From positions 7,995-71,994 of the forward strand of contig DATAXU010000188.1 of the NCBI GenBank assembly GCA_036272955.1: a DNA stretch of 64,000 nucleotides, given 5' to 3'. Positions 26,765-36,850 of this stretch are shown in pieces. A model generated the notes under the pieces. The model ran no database searches, was not told the DNA's origin, and worked only from the letters and a program-made list of their open reading frames with translations. The translations under genes were made by a program, and so were the position numbers. Every line of letters begins with the position of its first letter. Positions within the stretch are counted from its first letter, which is position 1. The stretch is from Verrucomicrobiia bacterium (lineage in GTDB: Bacteria; Verrucomicrobiota; Verrucomicrobiia; Limisphaerales; Palsa-1400).

Positions 26765-26789
26765 CGTCGCGACTGATGGAGACTCATAA

Positions 26790-29700
26790 TCGCTGGGTGT
26801 GTTGCTCTACGAACTGCTCGCCGGCAGCACGCCGTTTGACGCAAACGAGTTGATGTCGCAAGGCATTGACCAGATGCGCAAGACGATTCGGGAGCAGGAA
26901 CCGCCTCGCTCGAGCACGCGCCTTGCGACCCTCGGAGCCGCCGAACTGACGACCACAGCCAAGCGTCGCTCCGCCGATACTTCGAGGCTGATGCACCAGC
27001 TCAAGGGCGACCTGGACTGGATCGTGATGAAGTGCCTGGAGAAAGACCGCATGCGGCGCTACGAGACGGCCAACGGACTTGCCGCCGACTTGAAACGGCA
27101 CCTGAACAATGAAACGGTGATCGCCCGGCCGCCGAGCGCCGCCTACAAATTTCAAAAGGCGTTCCGACGTAACAAGCTGGTGTTTACCGCCGCGGGAGCG
27201 GTGACGGCGGCATTGGTGTTGGGCATTATTGCCAGCACCTGGCAATCGATTCGGGCCAACCATGCCAAACAACAGGCCCTGGCAGCCGAGGCGCGAGCCA
27301 TCCAGGCGCAAGCCGATGAAACGAAACAGCGGCAACTTGCCGAGAAGGAGGCGCGGCAGGCCGAGCAGGCGAAGGAGGTCGCCGATCGAGAATCCATTGC
27401 GGCACGGCGGACGGCGGCCGAGTCTGATGCGCATTACCTTCTCCATGAAGGGCTTCTACCCGACGCGCTCGCCAAAGCGACCGAGGCGTTCAAACTGGGC
27501 GGGGCGTGGGAAGACGGGCTTCTAATTAACGATATTGCCGAGACGGCGCGGCAAAACTGGGTATTATCCGCCCGTGTTCCGTTAAGCGAACCGGCGAACG
27601 TGGCCTGTGTGACACGATTTAAAGACAGACCGTGCCTGGTTATGTCCGTAGCCAGCGGACTTCGTGTGATAGATGCGCTTAACGGCGCCATGCTTGGGTC
27701 AGTGCCTTTCTCGGAACATGTATGGCAATTATTCCAAGGTGTGGATTCGAACACCGTAGTGGCGGTTTCTGATGCATCGGTTTCGCTCTTTTCGCTTCCA
27801 TCGCTCACGGTCGCGGCAAAAGAAGAGCTGCCGGCCCCGTTGGGCTTCGCGGCGGCAAATGGCACCAGCCTCATTCTTTTGCTCAACAACCACGATGTGC
27901 ATATACTTGACCTTTCCAACGTGTCGGAAGTGGCATCCTTCAATTGGGACACGAATCCGGGGACGAAAAAATTTCAAGCGCCGCGTCATGCGTGCGTTTC
28001 GCCCGACGGCAAACTTGCGCTGCTTCATGGCGGGAGTTATCTCGACCCCGTGGTGGTTTGGGACCGACGAAGCGATCCGCCGACATTTACGGCGCGGGAC
28101 ATCCCGATGCAGGAGTTCAAATTTATTGACAACAAACGTTTCGCGACGTGGGAGCTAGTAGGCAACGGAGAAACAGAGACGCCGGACAATATCAACGTCT
28201 ATGACGCGGAGCACACGCCGGTGGCCGTCATGTCGCAGTCCATTCCCAACGATAACATCAAGGGGCACGTGGAGTTCCAGGCTTGGAGCGCAAAAGAGTG
28301 GGGTTTCGAAACGGATTTTCCGATTGTCGGCGGCATCGGGCCGTCCGGTCTTGGGTTCAAGGGGATGGACACCACCGGGGAGTTTCAAGGGGATTTCAGT
28401 TTCAGTGATCGCTACGCCAATCTGCTGCCGTCGGATGCGGACACGCTGAAATTTCTTGCGGCCGGCATGGACAAAGGGGTGCTGGCGCTTCAATCGGCGA
28501 GCAACCTTTTGATTTTCCAGTTGAGCTGGCTGCACTGGAGCGGCGCGACCCGGGACTACTGCGCGACAGCCTGCTCCAACGGCCTTCTTTACATGAGCCG
28601 AGCCATCAAACCGGCGCCGATACTCACGTTTATTCCCTTTGACCCGCGGCAAAAGCCCGCGCGCTTCAGCCTGCAATGGCCGTCGGACAGCAAATGGCTC
28701 CCGTGGGCCGTCGCCGCCACGCCGGACGCCTCCACCGTCGCGGTCGTTGGACAGGAGACGGATTCCGGCAACAGGTTCAACGCGCACTATGGTCGCGTCC
28801 GCGCCCTGATTTACCGTACGGGTAGCTTGACGGACGGACCTTCGGCCTGGCCCATCCAAAACGCCTTCCAGATTGATGCGCCTGATTGTCTTTCGTTCAC
28901 GCCGCGTTTTTTGGCGCTGGATACTGAGGGTCACGCGTTGCTGTACTGGAATTCCACCAGCACGGTCAACCGATATGATTGCCGCGATGGCAAACCTCTC
29001 GGGACTCTCGAACTGGGACTTGTCAGCGCGCGCTCGCGCGATGGGCGGCGCGTTGCCTCAGTCTCCCCCGACGGGCGGATCCGTGTCTATGACTTGTCCA
29101 CCGGCGACGTGGTTCTTGACCAGCAGAGCAAGCCGGCCGCGGGAATCTGTTTGTCCCCGGAAGGCTCGCGCCTTGTGGCGTCCCAGGAGGGGATGCTCAA
29201 AGAGTACGACGTGGCGTCGGGGCGTGTGCTTTCGTCGGTTCCCTCCAAATTGTTGCCGCTGGCCTGCCCTGCACACGGAAGCCACTTGCTTGCGTTTCAG
29301 CCGGACACGACTGGACTTGGAGGCTCGGTCGTTTTGGCGGACACGGGGGATGCGCGGGTTGCCGCCGTGCTGAATCGGGCGGGAACCAGTTTTACGCCGG
29401 CCTATTTCAGCGATTCCGGGAATCAAATTGCCATTATTAGCAGGTTTGATACCAAGGTTGTTCGCTCGCTGCGGCCGGAAGAAATTCCAGCAGTGTTGAA
29501 CACGCCCCTTCCTGAGACGACCGAGCTTCAACCTTTGGCTCCTGCGACTATTGCGACAACGGCCGTTTCGGCAACCGCGGTTGGATCAGAAGACGTTTTC
29601 GATGCGGGAAACATTTCGGGGCTGCAATCGCACATGGGGGACCTGGTGACGATTCAAGGGAGCGTTCGGGATGTCAACCTGGTCACTGCCGGGAATGCGG

Positions 29701-29969
29701 CCAATATTTACTTTGAAACGGCGGGGACAACGCCGGTCCAGGTGTGGGTGCCGTGGGATCCGTTTCCGAAATTGAAAACCCGCCTTGGCAAAGACCTTGA
29801 GGCGGCGTTGCATGGGCGCACGATTAAAGCCACGGGACGGCTGTCGCTTTACCGGGGAAACATTGAACTTACTTTGTCTGATGCGGGTAAATTCGTGATT
29901 GTCTCTCCAGGTGTAGCGATCGGGACATTCACCACGAAGGCCACGAAGGAAGACGAAAAGAAAAATTGA
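26790..29969 (+). pseudogene. 3' fragment of the disrupted Ser/Thr kinase gene (subdomains IX-XI, TM segment, large extracytoplasmic region)
   Basis: SLGVLLYELLAGSTPFD..DLDWIVMKCLEKDRMRRYETANGLAADL, then the TM segment LVFTAAGAVTAALVLGIIA and about 850 aa. A TAA lies immediately upstream at 26787..26789. An internal GTG at 26799 could still permit expression of a kinase-less protein. Confidence 0.85.
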
Positions 29970-29980
29970 AATACCTGGAA

Positions 29981-32900
29981 CTAGTCTAAATGGCGTTTGC
30001 GCCAGAGGACGTAGATCACGGGGTATAGGAGCAATTCCAAGATTCCGGATGTGATGACGCCGCCAATCATTGGGGCGGCAATGCGTTTCATTACGTCGGC
30101 GCCGCTTTGTGTCGTGGCCGACCACATGATGGGCAGCAATCCAAATAGGATGGCGCAAATGGTCATGAGCTTGGGGCGGACGCGGTTGACGGCTCCTTCA
30201 ATTACGGCGGCGCGGAGATCGTCCATGGACTTCATGCGGCCCTGGGCGCGGAATTTTTCCCATGCCTGGTCGAGATAGAGCAGCATGACGACACCGGTTT
30301 CGGCGTCGAGGCCCGCCAGCGCGATGAGGCCCACCCAGACCGCCACGCTCATGTTGTAGCCGAGCAGGTACAAAAGCCAAAAGGCTCCGATGAGCGAAAA
30401 TGGCACGGCCAGCAGGACGATGAGCGTTTTCACGGCGGACCTGGTGTTCATGTAGATGAGCGTGAAAATAATCATCAGTGTGAATGGCACCACTATTTTA
30501 AGGCGCTGCTCGGCGCTTTTGAGATATTCGAATTGGCCGGCCCATTGGATGTAGTAACCGGGCGGAAATTTCACAACGTCGTTGATGCGCTTGGACGCGG
30601 CATCGACGTAGCCTTGAATATCAGAGCTGGTAATATCCACGAAAACAAATCCGACAAGCTGGCCGTTTTCGTTGCGAATGGAAGGCGGGCCGGTCTTGTA
30701 ACTGATGTCCGCCAGCATCGAAATTGGAATTTGAGCAGGCGAGGTGGCGCCAGCCATCGGGACCGGCACCAGGACCCGCTTGAGGCTGTTGAGGTCTCCA
30801 CGAAAATCCCGGGCGTAACGGACGTTGATGGGATAGCGCTCGCGGCCTTCAACGGTGGTGGCGATGGTTTTGCCGCCGATGGCAGTCTCGACGATATCGT
30901 TGACATCGCCAACGGTCAGACCGTAGCGGGCGGCCGCTTTGCGATTCGGGGTGAAATCCAGGAAGTAACCGCCCGTGGTGCGCTCCGCAAAGGCGCTTCG
31001 AGTATTGGGAAAATCGCTGAGGGCGCGTTCGATTTGCACGCCGATGTCCTGAATCGTGCCGAGGTCGGGGCCAAAGACCTTGATGCCGAGAATGGACCGG
31101 AAGCCGGTGGTCAGCATTTCCGTGCGGGTTTGGATCGGCATCCAAAAAATGTTCGCCATGCCGGGCGTCTTGACGTTGGCGTTCATTTCCGCGAGCAGCT
31201 TTTCCCAGGTCATTCCGGACGGCCATTGATCGGGCGGCTTGAGTTTCACCACCGTTTCAATCATGGAGAGCGGCGCGGGATCGGTGGGCGTTTCCGATTG
31301 GCCCGCCTTGCCGAAGACGGTTTCCACTTCGGGAAATTTCCGCAACATCCGGTCCTGAATTTGCAGAATCTTCACCGCTTCATCGATGGAGATGCCCGGG
31401 ACGGCGGTGGGCATGTAAAGGATGTCGCCTTCGTTGAGCGGCGGCATGAATTCCTTGCCGAGTCGCTTGTAAGGATAAATTGTCGCCGCCATCGCGAGCA
31501 GGGCGAGAATCAGCGTGAGCCACCGAAAGCGCAGCACGAAATTCACGAAAGGGCGGTACGCCCAAATGAGGAAACGATTGACGGGATTTTTTATTTCCGG
31601 CGTGATCCTGCCGCGAATGAACAGCAACATCAGAACGGGCACGAGCGTCACGCCGAGCACTGCCGCAAAAAACATCGAGAATGTTTTCGTAAAGGCCAGC
31701 GGTTTGAATAATCGCCCTTCCTGCGCGACCAGCGAGAACACCGGAATGAAACTCACGGTGATGACAAGCAACGCAAAAAACAACGGGCGGCCAACGCTTT
31801 TTGCCGCCGCAATAATCACTTCGACGCGTTCGGGATTCGTCGGCTCACGCTGGTGTTCGTCCCGAAAATGTTCCAGGTATTTGTGCGCGTTCTCGACCAT
31901 GATAATGGCGGAATCGACCATCGCGCCGATGGCAATGGCGATGCCGCCGAGCGACATAATGTTCGAGGTCAGGTGCAACCCGAACATCGGCAGAAATGAA
32001 AGAAGGATGGCGATGGGAAGGGTGATGATGGCCACGAGCGCGGAGCGGATATGCCAGAGGAACACCAGGCAAACCAGCGCCACGACGATGCATTCCTCGA
32101 TCAGCTTTTCGCGGAGCGTTGCGATGGACCGCTTGATGAGTTCGCTCCGGTCATACGTGGGGACGATGGTTACTCCATCCGGCAACGACGATTTGATTTC
32201 TTCGAGCTTCTTTTTGATTCCATCGATGACGTTGAGGGCGTTCTCCCCGTAACGCATTACGACGATCCCGCCGACCACTTCGCCTTCACCATTCAATTCG
32301 GCGGCGCCGCGACGCAAATCCGGTCCTAGATGGACTGTGCCTACGTTTTTGACATAAACCGGCGTGCCTTTATCCGTCTTGAGCGGAATGTCCTCAATAT
32401 CCCCAATATTCTGAATGTAGCCGCGGCCTCGCACGTAATATTCGGTCGAAGCCACTTCGAAAACCTTGCCGCCGACGTCGCCGTTGGAGGCGCGAATTTT
32501 GGCAACTATTTCGCTGATGGGAATGCCGTAAGCGAGCAACTTATCCGGATCGAGATCGACCTGGTATTCTTTGACAAAGCCTCCGACCGGCGCTACTTCG
32601 GCCACGCCTTTGACCGATTCAAGGGCGTAGCGCAAATGCCAATCCTGAAGCGAGCGCAAGTCGGCGAGGTTATGTTTTCCGCTTTTATCCACCAGGGCGT
32701 ATTCGTAAACCCAACCGACGCCCGTGGCGTCCGGGCCTATAACGGGATTCACGCCGTCCGGCAGGCTGCCGCGCACTGAATTCAAATACTCCAGCACGCG
32801 CGACCGCGCCCAATAGATGTCCGTTCCATCCTCGAAAATCACGTACACAAAAGATTTGCCGAACATGGATTCGCCCCGGACGAATTTTACTTTCGGCGCC

Positions 32901-33169
32901 GCGATGAATTCGGTCGAGATGGGATACGTAATCTGGTCTTCGACCAGGTCCGGCGAGCGGCCTTCCCAATCCGTGTAAACAATCACCTGGACATCGCTGA
33001 GATCGGGAATGGCGTCGAGGGGAGTCTTCATCAACGCCCAAATGCCTCCGGCGACGCCGAAAATGGACAGCAGAATGACGAAGAAAACATTGCGCGCGCT
33101 GGCCTCGATAATCCGTTCGAGAATGAAAGGCTTGCGCTCGTTCGCCAGGGTGGGGGAGGTGGTTTCCAT
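29981..33169 (-). CDS. CusA/CzcA-family heavy-metal efflux RND transporter
   Basis: 1062 aa with 12-TM RND architecture and the typical N-terminus (ERIIEASARNVFFVILLSIFGV..GIWALMKTPLDAIPDLSDVQVIV). Confidence 0.9.
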   Translation of the reverse strand: METTSPTLANERKPFILERIIEASARNVFFVILLSIFGVAGGIWALMKTPLDAIPDLSDVQVIVYTDWEGRSPDLVEDQITYPISTEFIAAPKVKFVRGESMFGKSFVYVIFEDGTDIYWARSRVLEYLNSVRGSLPDGVNPVIGPDATGVGWVYEYALVDKSGKHNLADLRSLQDWHLRYALESVKGVAEVAPVGGFVKEYQVDLDPDKLLAYGIPISEIVAKIRASNGDVGGKVFEVASTEYYVRGRGYIQNIGDIEDIPLKTDKGTPVYVKNVGTVHLGPDLRRGAAELNGEGEVVGGIVVMRYGENALNVIDGIKKKLEEIKSSLPDGVTIVPTYDRSELIKRSIATLREKLIEECIVVALVCLVFLWHIRSALVAIITLPIAILLSFLPMFGLHLTSNIMSLGGIAIAIGAMVDSAIIMVENAHKYLEHFRDEHQREPTNPERVEVIIAAAKSVGRPLFFALLVITVSFIPVFSLVAQEGRLFKPLAFTKTFSMFFAAVLGVTLVPVLMLLFIRGRITPEIKNPVNRFLIWAYRPFVNFVLRFRWLTLILALLAMAATIYPYKRLGKEFMPPLNEGDILYMPTAVPGISIDEAVKILQIQDRMLRKFPEVETVFGKAGQSETPTDPAPLSMIETVVKLKPPDQWPSGMTWEKLLAEMNANVKTPGMANIFWMPIQTRTEMLTTGFRSILGIKVFGPDLGTIQDIGVQIERALSDFPNTRSAFAERTTGGYFLDFTPNRKAAARYGLTVGDVNDIVETAIGGKTIATTVEGRERYPINVRYARDFRGDLNSLKRVLVPVPMAGATSPAQIPISMLADISYKTGPPSIRNENGQLVGFVFVDITSSDIQGYVDAASKRINDVVKFPPGYYIQWAGQFEYLKSAEQRLKIVVPFTLMIIFTLIYMNTRSAVKTLIVLLAVPFSLIGAFWLLYLLGYNMSVAVWVGLIALAGLDAETGVVMLLYLDQAWEKFRAQGRMKSMDDLRAAVIEGAVNRVRPKLMTICAILFGLLPIMWSATTQSGADVMKRIAAPMIGGVITSGILELLLYPVIYVLWRKRHLD

Positions 33170-33179
33170 GAGTGATTTC

Positions 33180-34427
33180 CTACCAGGATTTCAAAGCGCC
33201 CTGGACCTGGGCCTCTGCGTCAATCAAAAAATTCGCGCTGGTGACGACGCGGTCGTCTTCCTTCAACCCCGATTTTACCTCGTAGAAGCCGTCGTATTCG
33301 CGGCCAAGCTCAAGGAAGCGCGGTTCCAGTTTTCCGCCGCCCTTGTCAACAAAGGCGATATTGTGCAACCCCGTCGGGAGAACGGCGTCGGCGGGCACAG
33401 CCAGGCCTTCGCCCGAATCGATGGACAATTCGACATCCGCATACATATCGGGGCGGAGTTTGAAATTGGGATTTTGAACATCGATGCGCACTCGAACCGT
33501 GCGGGTCGCGTTGTCGATAAAAGGGTCGATGATGGAAATTTTTCCGCCGAATTTTTCGCCGGGATAGGCGGACGTTGTGATTGTGACGGGCAGCCCGTTG
33601 CTCAGCGTCGCCACGTCATCCTGATAGAATTGCGCCCATACCCAAACGACGGAAAGGTCAGCGATCTCCACAACGCGGTCGCCGGCCATGACCTTTCGCC
33701 CCTGGTCCACACCGATTTCCTCCACAACTCCTTTGAACGGCGAGAAGAGGGTTAAATACTCCTGGGGCTTTTGGGTCTTTTCCAAATTGGAAATTTGGCC
33801 GTCGGTAATGTTCCAGAGGCGCAATCGCTCCTTCGCGGAGGTCAGAAGTTCGTCGGCGCTGTTCAGCACTGACGCGCTGTTGTTGGACTGGGCGCTGGCG
33901 CGCATTTGGAGGACGTCCACAAATTCTTTCTGCGCGGTGAAAAGTTCCGGGCTGTAGATTGTCAGCACGGGCGCGTTGCTTTCAACAAGTTCGCCCGGCG
34001 AAAACACGAACAGCTTTTGAATGTAGCCTTCGACGCGGGGGACGTACTCCCAGCGTCTCTCCTTATCGGAGGTCACCAGGCCAACGGTCCGAATCGTTTC
34101 GTGAAGCGGCTGTTTTCGCACCGTCGTGTAAGTGACACCAATTTGCTGCTGGCGCTCGACGGGGACGACGAATTCGCCGGGCGTCTCCGTGTTGGTTTCG
34201 GCGGAAGGAATTGCCATTGCAGATTTCTTTTTGACTGGAACGAGATCCATTCCGCAAATCGGACATTTGCCGTGCGGGTCCTGGGACCTTACGGAGGGGT
34301 GCATGGTGCAGGTGTAATAATCCACATCCGCGGGCTTGGATTCTCCGCCGGCTTTCTTGCACCCAACAAGAAGCAGCGCGACTGCGACCGCATAGAGGGC
34401 CAGCTTGAAACAGGATGATTTATTCAT
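33180..34427 (-). CDS. Efflux RND periplasmic adaptor (CusB/CzcB-like) with N-terminal heavy-metal-binding motif
   Basis: Lipoprotein signal (LLLVGC). YTCTMHPSVRSQDPHGKCPICGMDLVP metal-binding domain, then an MFP barrel-sandwich/beta-barrel region. The likely start is Met19 (ATG at 34427), overlapping the upstream gene by 8 nt. Confidence 0.85.
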   Translation of the reverse strand: MNKSSCFKLALYAVAVALLLVGCKKAGGESKPADVDYYTCTMHPSVRSQDPHGKCPICGMDLVPVKKKSAMAIPSAETNTETPGEFVVPVERQQQIGVTYTTVRKQPLHETIRTVGLVTSDKERRWEYVPRVEGYIQKLFVFSPGELVESNAPVLTIYSPELFTAQKEFVDVLQMRASAQSNNSASVLNSADELLTSAKERLRLWNITDGQISNLEKTQKPQEYLTLFSPFKGVVEEIGVDQGRKVMAGDRVVEIADLSVVWVWAQFYQDDVATLSNGLPVTITTSAYPGEKFGGKISIIDPFIDNATRTVRVRIDVQNPNFKLRPDMYADVELSIDSGEGLAVPADAVLPTGLHNIAFVDKGGGKLEPRFLELGREYDGFYEVKSGLKEDDRVVTSANFLIDAEAQVQGALKSW

Positions 34428-35715
34428 GTGCGTGATGGGAAGAAACGGAATTTGCCGGCTGGGGCGGAAGATCAGTGCCAATCAACGATTCCAATTCAGC
34501 CAGCGCCGTTTTGTAGTGCATCAAGTGGTCCCAATACATGGACTCAACGTCTTGCGCGGTTTCCTGCGCCGTCAGAATTTCCAGGAAGCCGCCAGTGTCG
34601 GATTGGTAGTCAACGCGCTGGGCATTGACACTTTCGTGCGCGAGCGGCAACAGCTTGGCCAGGTAAAGCTCGGTATGATGATGGAACGTTTCGACCCGAT
34701 AAAACTGATCGACCACCATGCCCAACGTTTCGCTTCGCACCGCTTCCAATTCCTGCTGGGCCGCTTCGAGCAGTTTTTTATTCTCCTGAATTTCCGCGCG
34801 GTACTTGGAACGATTGAACCACGGCAGGTCGATGGAGAACCCGGCGTCGAGTTCGCTGATCACTTGTCCGGCATCGTTGTAGCGCTCTCCCTCGACACGA
34901 AAACTCGGATCGGGAATCCGTTCATTGCGGGCAGCCTTCAGCCGCGCTTGCGCCGCTTCAATTTTCCTTTGCGCAATGACCAATTCGGGACGGTTGGCAA
35001 GCGCCAGACCTTCAAGGTCCGGCAACGATAAATCGACGGGCTGAAACGACAAGTCCGCGGGGCGGCCCAAAGGCGATTCGGGGGGCCGATTCATCAGCAC
35101 GTTCAATTCGGTTTGCGCCTCGGAGATTTCGCGCTGAAAATCGAATTGCGCTTCGTCGAGCTTTGCCAATTCAGTATCGGCGCTCAGCACCTCTGCCTGC
35201 GATCTTGCGCCCGTCGCCATTTTCGCGCGGCTGATTTCCGCGAATTGTTTGAGCAAGTCGGAATTTTTGCGGTTCAATTCAAGTTGCTTGTAGGAATTGG
35301 CCAAACGGAAGTAGGCCGATCTCGCCCTTGCGACCGCATCCAGTTGTTTGCGCCGGAAATACTCGAACGCGCTGGCCGCTTCCGCCGTAGCCGCATCGCC
35401 GCGAAGACGATTTTTGCCGGAAATGGGCACTGTTTGTTCGGCCATTAGCTTTTCGTCCGAAAACGAGTTGGGCGCGACGCTGACAAAGCGCGCGATCCGT
35501 TGATCGAATCCCAGCCGTGGATCAGGCCAGGCGCGCGCCTGCGGGATGCGTTCCCTCATGGCTTCGAAGGCGGCATTTGCCGCTTTGAGCGTGGGATTGT
35601 TTGTAAGCACTTCGCTTACAACAGTATCGAGAGACAAAGACTCAGGCGCCGCGCCAATCTGGAATCCGGCCAGCGTCGCTGTCGCGACGAGGCAAAAGAA
35701 TAATCTGTGTTTCAT
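34420..35715 (-). CDS. TolC-family outer-membrane efflux protein (CzcC/CusC-like)
   Basis: 431 aa with a signal peptide and two OEP-type repeats. It is the first of the three canonical genes of the efflux operon. Confidence 0.85.
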   Translation of the reverse strand: MKHRLFFCLVATATLAGFQIGAAPESLSLDTVVSEVLTNNPTLKAANAAFEAMRERIPQARAWPDPRLGFDQRIARFVSVAPNSFSDEKLMAEQTVPISGKNRLRGDAATAEAASAFEYFRRKQLDAVARARSAYFRLANSYKQLELNRKNSDLLKQFAEISRAKMATGARSQAEVLSADTELAKLDEAQFDFQREISEAQTELNVLMNRPPESPLGRPADLSFQPVDLSLPDLEGLALANRPELVIAQRKIEAAQARLKAARNERIPDPSFRVEGERYNDAGQVISELDAGFSIDLPWFNRSKYRAEIQENKKLLEAAQQELEAVRSETLGMVVDQFYRVETFHHHTELYLAKLLPLAHESVNAQRVDYQSDTGGFLEILTAQETAQDVESMYWDHLMHYKTALAELESLIGTDLPPQPANSVSSHHAHE

Positions 35716-35781
35716 TTTCGTGCATAAACTTCACATCCAACGAACGCCCCCAATGGGCACACTACAGGCGTGAAACACGAA

Positions 35782-36141
35782 TCAGATTATGTAGCAGCAA
35801 TTCCGCTGATACAGCGGCGCCGCAAAAGAAGGACCGACGAGGAACGAAGAAGCAAAAGTGACCGCGCGGGTTTTCGCCAAGGGGGAAAGTTGAATCGAAA
35901 CGGCGGATACAAACTGCAAATCATTTTGGGAAAAGCCATGGGACGGAACCGCCGGGACAGGCTGGCGGGAACCTGAATCATTGTTGCCCACGCAGCAGCA
36001 TTTTCCCTTGCATGCCCCGCAATGGCCGCAACACTTTGGGACGCTGGCCTTTTGTCCCCCGAAATCTCCCGCACCGTTAATGCAAGCCGCCTGCGACAGG
36101 ATCAGCACGACGCTGAACAGCATGGCAAGCAAACTTTTCAT
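35782..36141 (-). CDS. Small secreted Cys-rich hypothetical protein upstream of the efflux operon
   Basis: Signal peptide MKSLLAMLFSVVLILSQAAC followed by PKCCGHCGACKGKCCCVG (9 Cys plus 1 His in 18 aa). 66 nt upstream of the TolC-like gene on the same strand. The coding status of the C-terminal half is uncertain. Confidence 0.4.
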   Translation of the reverse strand: MKSLLAMLFSVVLILSQAACINGAGDFGGQKASVPKCCGHCGACKGKCCCVGNNDSGSRQPVPAVPSHGFSQNDLQFVSAVSIQLSPLAKTRAVTFASSFLVGPSFAAPLYQRNCCYII

Positions 36142-36181
36142 TCAGCCTAAAATAGCCTATTCGGAATTCCTGTCAATTAAG

Positions 36182-36397
36182 CTATTTCAACCGCCAGGTA
36201 ATCCGCGCTTTCGACAAATCATAGGGCGACATTTCCATTTTTACACGATCGCCGACAGTCAGACGCACCCAGCGTTTGCGCATCTTGCCGCAAATTGTCG
36301 CTAATACCAGGTGCTTGTTGTCCAATTCAACCCGGAACATCGTGCCCGGCAGCACCGTCTGCACGCGTCCTTCGACTTCAATATGTTCTTCCTTCAA
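36182..36397 (-). CDS. infA: Translation initiation factor IF-1
   Basis: [68 protein letters not shown] matches IF-1 along its full length. TTG start at 36397 with GGAG about 7 nt upstream. The 110-aa ORF in the track is over-extended. Confidence 0.85.
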   Translation of the reverse strand: MKEEHIEVEGRVQTVLPGTMFRVELDNKHLVLATICGKMRKRWVRLTVGDRVKMEMSPYDLSKARITWRLK

Positions 36398-36527
36398 TAG
36401 CCACTCCGCAATTCCACCGGTCTTGGGTGAAGGCACTCCTCCGGCAGACCAGCACAGGTCGGAAGCGGCCGTAAAAAAGAATCGAGATCCAGCAAAGCCG
36501 GACCTCGAATGCACTCAGGACAGAAGA

Positions 36528-36839
36528 TTAATAACGGCTGCGTGAAGCGCCGCTATAAGAACGGCGTTGGCCGCCGTCTGAGGGACGCTCTTCGCGCGGG
36601 CGCGCAATGTTGACATTGAGGGCGCGTCCGTCAACGGACTTGCCGTTCATCGCCGTAACGGCGGCCTGGGCCTCCTGGTCCGAACTCATGGTGACGAAGG
36701 CGAACCCGCGGGGGCGGCCCGTTGCGCGGTCCGTCACGAGGTTGGTTTCCACGACGGTGCCGTGAGCGGCGAACGCGTCTTGCAGGTCATTCTCGGTGGT
36801 ATTGAAGGAAAGATTTCCAACAAACAATTTATTATTCAT
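36528..36839 (-). CDS. RRM-type RNA-binding protein
   Basis: RNP-2 KLFVGNLSF and RNP-1 RGFAFVTM, with a Gly/Arg/Ser-rich tail. Confidence 0.85.
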   Translation of the reverse strand: MNNKLFVGNLSFNTTENDLQDAFAAHGTVVETNLVTDRATGRPRGFAFVTMSSDQEAQAAVTAMNGKSVDGRALNVNIARPREERPSDGGQRRSYSGASRSRY

Positions 36840-36850
36840 GTGATGTTAAC

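Larger units (their letters stand above)
21069..26789. mobile_element. 5,721-bp AT-richer insertion bisecting the kinase gene. Putative HUH-Rep (rolling-circle) integrative element with cargo
   Basis: Deleting exactly these bases restores gac atc tat|tcg ctg ggt, giving DIYSLGVLLYELLAG. All four ORFs are on the opposite strand. Hand-counted 60-nt lines give 20/60 and 31/60 GC inside versus 42/60 in the flank. There is no TSD, and no integrase or transposase other than the HUH Rep. Confidence 0.65.

Noticed and set aside
21069-26789. Complete Microviridae (gokushovirus-like) prophage, suggested by the Rep type and the 5.7-kb size
   Set aside because: No ORF resembles a major capsid, pilot/DNA-injection or scaffold protein. 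The two large ORFs are a pilin-like protein and a PQQ-type propeller. Only a microvirus-like Rep can be claimed.
21069-26789. Filamentous (inovirus-like) prophage, suggested by the Rep / small-protein / hairpin order and a pilin-like gene
   Set aside because: There is no Zot/gpI-type morphogenesis ATPase (no Walker A in any element ORF that I can see). There is no small single-TM coat protein set and no secretin or adsorption-protein signature.
21069-26789. Terminal inverted repeats or target-site duplication at the insertion ends
   Set aside because: Only a weak shared CATCAG(c)AGTC / CATCAGTC sits 11-15 nt inside each end, and a 3-nt ATA occurs near both junctions. Treating ATA as a duplicated core would break the kinase reading frame. 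This is not enough to call TIRs or a TSD.
36398-36514. N-terminal 39-aa extension of the infA ORF
   Set aside because: IF-1 is about 72 aa, and the homologous region begins exactly at a TTG with an upstream GGAG. The extension has no IF-1 counterpart.
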